A DNA stretch of 63,325 bases, filler included, from Hausera hauseri (Eukaryota), in assembly GCA_046269625.1 (NCBI GenBank). It is 12 parts of 12 records of this genome, joined end to end, with 100 filler letters (N's around TTAATTAATTAA, not from the genome) between each part and the next. Parts side by side here need not be neighbours in the genome. Positions count along the whole stretch, not along the records: positions 58,461 to 63,325 come from JBJURY010410921.1; 11 more parts are not named here. One strand, written 5' to 3'. The position numbers were made by a program, and so were the translations under genes. Numbering within the stretch: the stretch's first letter is position 1; every line of letters begins with the position of its first letter. Below the pieces are notes generated by a model, which was not told the DNA's origin, ran no database searches, and was given only the letters and a program-made list of their open reading frames with translations. Of the stretch, positions 59,666-63,325 are shown piece by piece.

Positions 59666-62600
59666 TTACAATGCCGCAAGTCCGTGAGGTAGTGTATGAA
59701 TTGCATCACCCAGGATCTGCCTCTTAACATACATCCAATCTAGGCTCTTCTTCTGTAATGTTACTGTCTCAATGTTATGATCCCTAGACGGGATCCTTCA
59801 CATCTCTGATATGATATGAGTCTGCTCATGCAAAACTCTCACATAATCTGCAAAAATGATCTTTTTGATAAGGTAGCCCTTTGAACGCCCTTAGCTCTCT
59901 TCTTGATCTGACCACATACATCAATTGCATACATTTTGGACCTAAGAGCTACAAATCTCGAGATGATTGCCCCATTCAACTCGTCTTTGAATTTCCCAAG
60001 GACTTTCTTGTTGGTAATTGAATAGTTGGGATGCTCTTTCGGATAGTCAGACGTATCCATATGCTGTGCAAACTTAGCAAAGTCCTCATAATTGTCCTCA
60101 TTATGGATCTGACAGATGAAACTATTAGTATCCATATACATCAGCTGTATGGACTTGAATGTGGGGATCATAATGTCATAGTGTAATTTGTACATCAAGG
60201 TCTTTGACAGGTCCAGTATTGCCATACCCACATATATGGGCTTGTTGAATTGCAAGGATGTTTTCAGCATATAGATGCTGACCAAATTCTCAGCATATAT
60301 GATGCTGCTGTGGAAATTGGGCTTGACAATGAGCTTCTTTGCCCGCTTCCACTCAGAGACCAGTTCGATGTTGATCCTGTTGCGGATGTTCGCCATGGTC
60401 TTGCCAAAAAACGCTGTTGTTGTAAGGCTTGTATTGCTCATTCTCAAAATCGTTCTTGGAATTTGTCCGTAACTTCGTATTGAGGTCTATGTAGGGTTGC
60501 AGCCAGTTGGACTGGCTGAACTGCAGGGCCCGATGGATCTTAGTAATGAGAAGTCCATTCCTGACTGCCTACTGGATATTTATGTAGCGAACTACATTCC
60601 TCTCCATACTATCCAGATAGCAGAGCAAATTTCTATGCTTTCCATGGAGTGGAGGCTTTCTCTCAGGGAGGAAAGCAGCTGTTGATGCCTTGTGCGGATA
60701 AAAGCCGGATATTCCATATCCACCTCCAGTATATAGCCCGTATCTCCAGTGGGATCCAGGTCCAGTATAAGGATGTTTTCAGGATGATCGACCCACTTGA
60801 AGCTATAATATGGGAATGGGGCCCTCATTGCCCATCCATATAGGTTGTTGGCTTTCAGGTATTATATATATGAGGATTCCTTGGATGGATCATACTGAAC
60901 CATATACTTGTTGTTGGTCTCGCTATACCGGTGAATGGCCTCTCTCAATCATGGGGATCATGTCGTAATCCTTTATGATCTTCAGACAAACACCTGCATA
61001 TCGCAGCATTTCTGCCCAGCTCCTCCCTGGAGCCGTAAAGAAATGATCCGGATCCCATGCATGGCTCTTTATCGTAACATCCCTGAAACTCTCAAAGATA
61101 TCCGTCAGAAGTATCACATTCATCTTGATGTATATGTCGCTGTATCCTCCTAATGTTCGGCATTGGAATGCATGCCATACGTTCTGATCATGCTAGTAGT
61201 CCATATCACTGATATCGCAATCAGAGAGGATAATTTAAAAATCCTTCTTGGCTGGCAATGAGATCTCATCAAGTATTTCCCATTATGTTATATAGTCGTA
61301 GAGAAACACGCCTTTCCTCTTGACGAGGTCAAATATAATGGGAAAGAACCGCCTCGTCTCCTTGAGTTTTTCTGCAAGGAGGTTCTTCACTAAACCGTCA
61401 AGTGAAAACAACATGAAACGGAAACTGTCTACGAAGCGAAGCCTGATTCTTCCAACATGCTCTGTAAATGTGATGTATTTTTCCTCACTATTAGGAATCA
61501 CATCAATGTTTCCTTCAATGCTGCCCAGTTCCCGAACAATGAAATGAAAATCATAGCCACTGAGGTTGTGAAACACTACATGCACATGTGTACATGTTTT
61601 GCAACGTAGATTGCAGTTATTGACTTTATCATTATCCTTAGTGACTGATTTGGAGCACAAGTAACTTGCTGTTGCCTTGCACCATTCTTTTTGCCTTTTT
61701 GGCATGTTCACTGTATTCTTATGCTGCTGCAGCAAATCTCCAATCTTATGAGCCATGTCTTCAAGTCCTTTCATAAAATGAACTGCTGCGCTTTGACCCC
61801 TGAATAGAAATTGTTCACTGTCAAGTCCTTTGGCATACATGCAATATGAGGAAAGCTCATGATATTAATATGACGTTGTGTTGCTATGTTTGGGATTAGT
61901 ACTGCAACTCTGAACTTGGTGCATAATAGTCTCAAAGTCACAATAGATAACTATTGGGACCTTGGTCTTCTTCTCGAACTCCTTGAATTCGATGTAATCC
62001 TCTTTGCAGAATCTGGCCTGATACAATAATTGTCTTTGCAGTACATCTTGTGCTCTTTCAGCTTCAATACAGCTACATCGCCGCTGAAATGGAACAAGCA
62101 TCGTTTACATATTTCTATTTGTCCATGATGTTTCGTAATTTGTTATCTGATTAGCCGCTCAGAGTCTGATCGAAACAAAGTTTCTTTTCTGCATCGTCTA
62201 GTAGGAGCAGATCCCTATGATCTTCCAGTTCAGTATCACATATCTGAAGGGTGTAGAATTTGTCATCCTCATTCAATCATAAGATATTGATGGACATGTT
62301 GACTTTTCCAAATTTTTTGACTTCATCTATGGATGGAGTGAACTTGATACATTGGAAGTCATAGTTGTGGTGCACATCCTTATAAAGCCAAACTCGTGAA
62401 TCATGCCTTTGATCTGTTACAAGTATTGATCGAATGGCATACATGAAACACACGTTGTCTCTATTACGGATATTGACACATGCATTTTATTTGCGATCCA
62501 ATCAGGGAGCTGAATATACGAACTGCCCCGCATGAGAGAGTACTTGTGCACATACACAAGCAATCTCTTGATAGTTGCCAGAGTCCAATCGCTCTTCTTA

Positions 62601-63050
62601 TCTTGGTTCTCCCCAGCTTCACAGATCAACTTCTCGTGCGCCTCTTGCAGCCATTCTGCTATACTGATGTTTTCCAATGTGGGCCTATTTTTGGTCTTGA
62701 AGGCCGTATTAAATTCTTCGCCACCAACATTGATGTACGTAGCCTCCAGATTCATATTGACCTTAAGGGCTTTGAGCTCAGCCATGTTGTCCTCAAGAAT
62801 TCCATCTGTCTCGTCCTTTGTGTATAAGAGGAAATCTTGGATGGTCATTTGACCTGTTGCATCAATAACATATATGCAGCATTTTCTCTTTAATGCTACC
62901 GCATCAACTGGCCACTGCCTTTGGCTTTTTGATGAAGCATCCTCCTCTGCTGCTGCTATGTGTTTTGGTCCTTCATAGGGCCTTGGTGGCAAAGCAGGCT
63001 GTACAACTGGTTGTGCTGCCAAAGCAGGCTGCAGTAGAATATAAATGGGA
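59666..63050 (-). pseudogene. Polinton pPolB lineage C (distinct from A and B)
   Basis: LKVNM.LEATY...FKTKN...W.L..I..L.V...KY..MRGSSYI.LP.WI; VIYCDFET; HNLSGYD.HF; RKGVF.YDY; FGKTM.N.RNR; NKPIYVG..ILDLSK..MY; YMDTNS; KKVLGKFKDE; LRSKMY; TLPHG. Confidence 0.92.
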
Positions 63051-63119
63051 ATTCTGGCCCACACGCCACCCCCGCCCCCAAGGGGGGAGTGCGCGTCAAT
63101 AAATCGATAGGGCACATGT

Positions 63120-63325
63120 GCTAATCGATAGTGCACACGGAGCACTATAGGTTGGTAGAGTGCTAGACGGCGGTGCCGCTAGGCATCGTTGCTAAGTACA
63201 TTTTTGCACATTTCAAAAATCGATCGCTGCACAGTTCAGTATTGATCGAATCAATCAGGACAAAGTGCTAATCGATAGTGCTCATAAGTGCGTATCGATT
63301 GATGCACAGTGTAGGTGTGCAAAAA
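63120..63325. repeat. Third occurrence of the ~415-bp palindrome-rich repeat
   Basis: ggtgccgctaggcatcgttgctaagtacatttttgcacatttc...caaagtgctaatcgata matches 2094-2197. Confidence 0.85.

Noticed and set aside
62417-63145. N-terminal ~30 aa of the 242-aa ORF as the true pPolB start
   Set aside because: It is translated from the adjacent palindromic repeat and G/C tract; the real 5' end of this copy appears lost or replaced.

Overview
This window is not one continuous locus. It is 12 short contigs joined by 100-nt artificial linkers (N44-TTAATTAATTAA-N44) at 5329, 9483, 13597, 18431, 23362, 27429, 32156, 41759, 47976, 53399 and 58361. The DNA is from an animal: it contains a spliced NFRKB/INO80G gene with ~50-nt introns, a decayed glycogen-debranching enzyme copy, Gypsy and LINE fragments, tRNA-SINEs and Tc1/mariner elements. 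It is strongly enriched for decayed Polinton/Maverick (adintovirus-like) sequence. This includes a capsid + adenain protease + ACTACT terminus, five protein-primed DNA polymerase B (pPolB) pseudogenes from about three lineages, and one further 5' fragment. Main observations: (1) One pPolB group carries an unrecognised ~70-aa Cys/His (zinc-finger-like) domain, in 1-2 copies, fused in front of the terminal-protein region. (2) That gene appears to start with an ATG-only coding exon followed by a phase-0 intron (ATG|GT...AG|xxx TGY), conserved across divergent copies. (3) Two copies are followed by a convergent IAP-type UBA-RING gene. (4) A Gypsy polyprotein has a chuvirus/gB-type glycoprotein transmembrane end in frame upstream of its protease, plus a second signal-peptide-bearing domain after integrase. 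All family assignments come from motif recognition by eye; no database searches were run.
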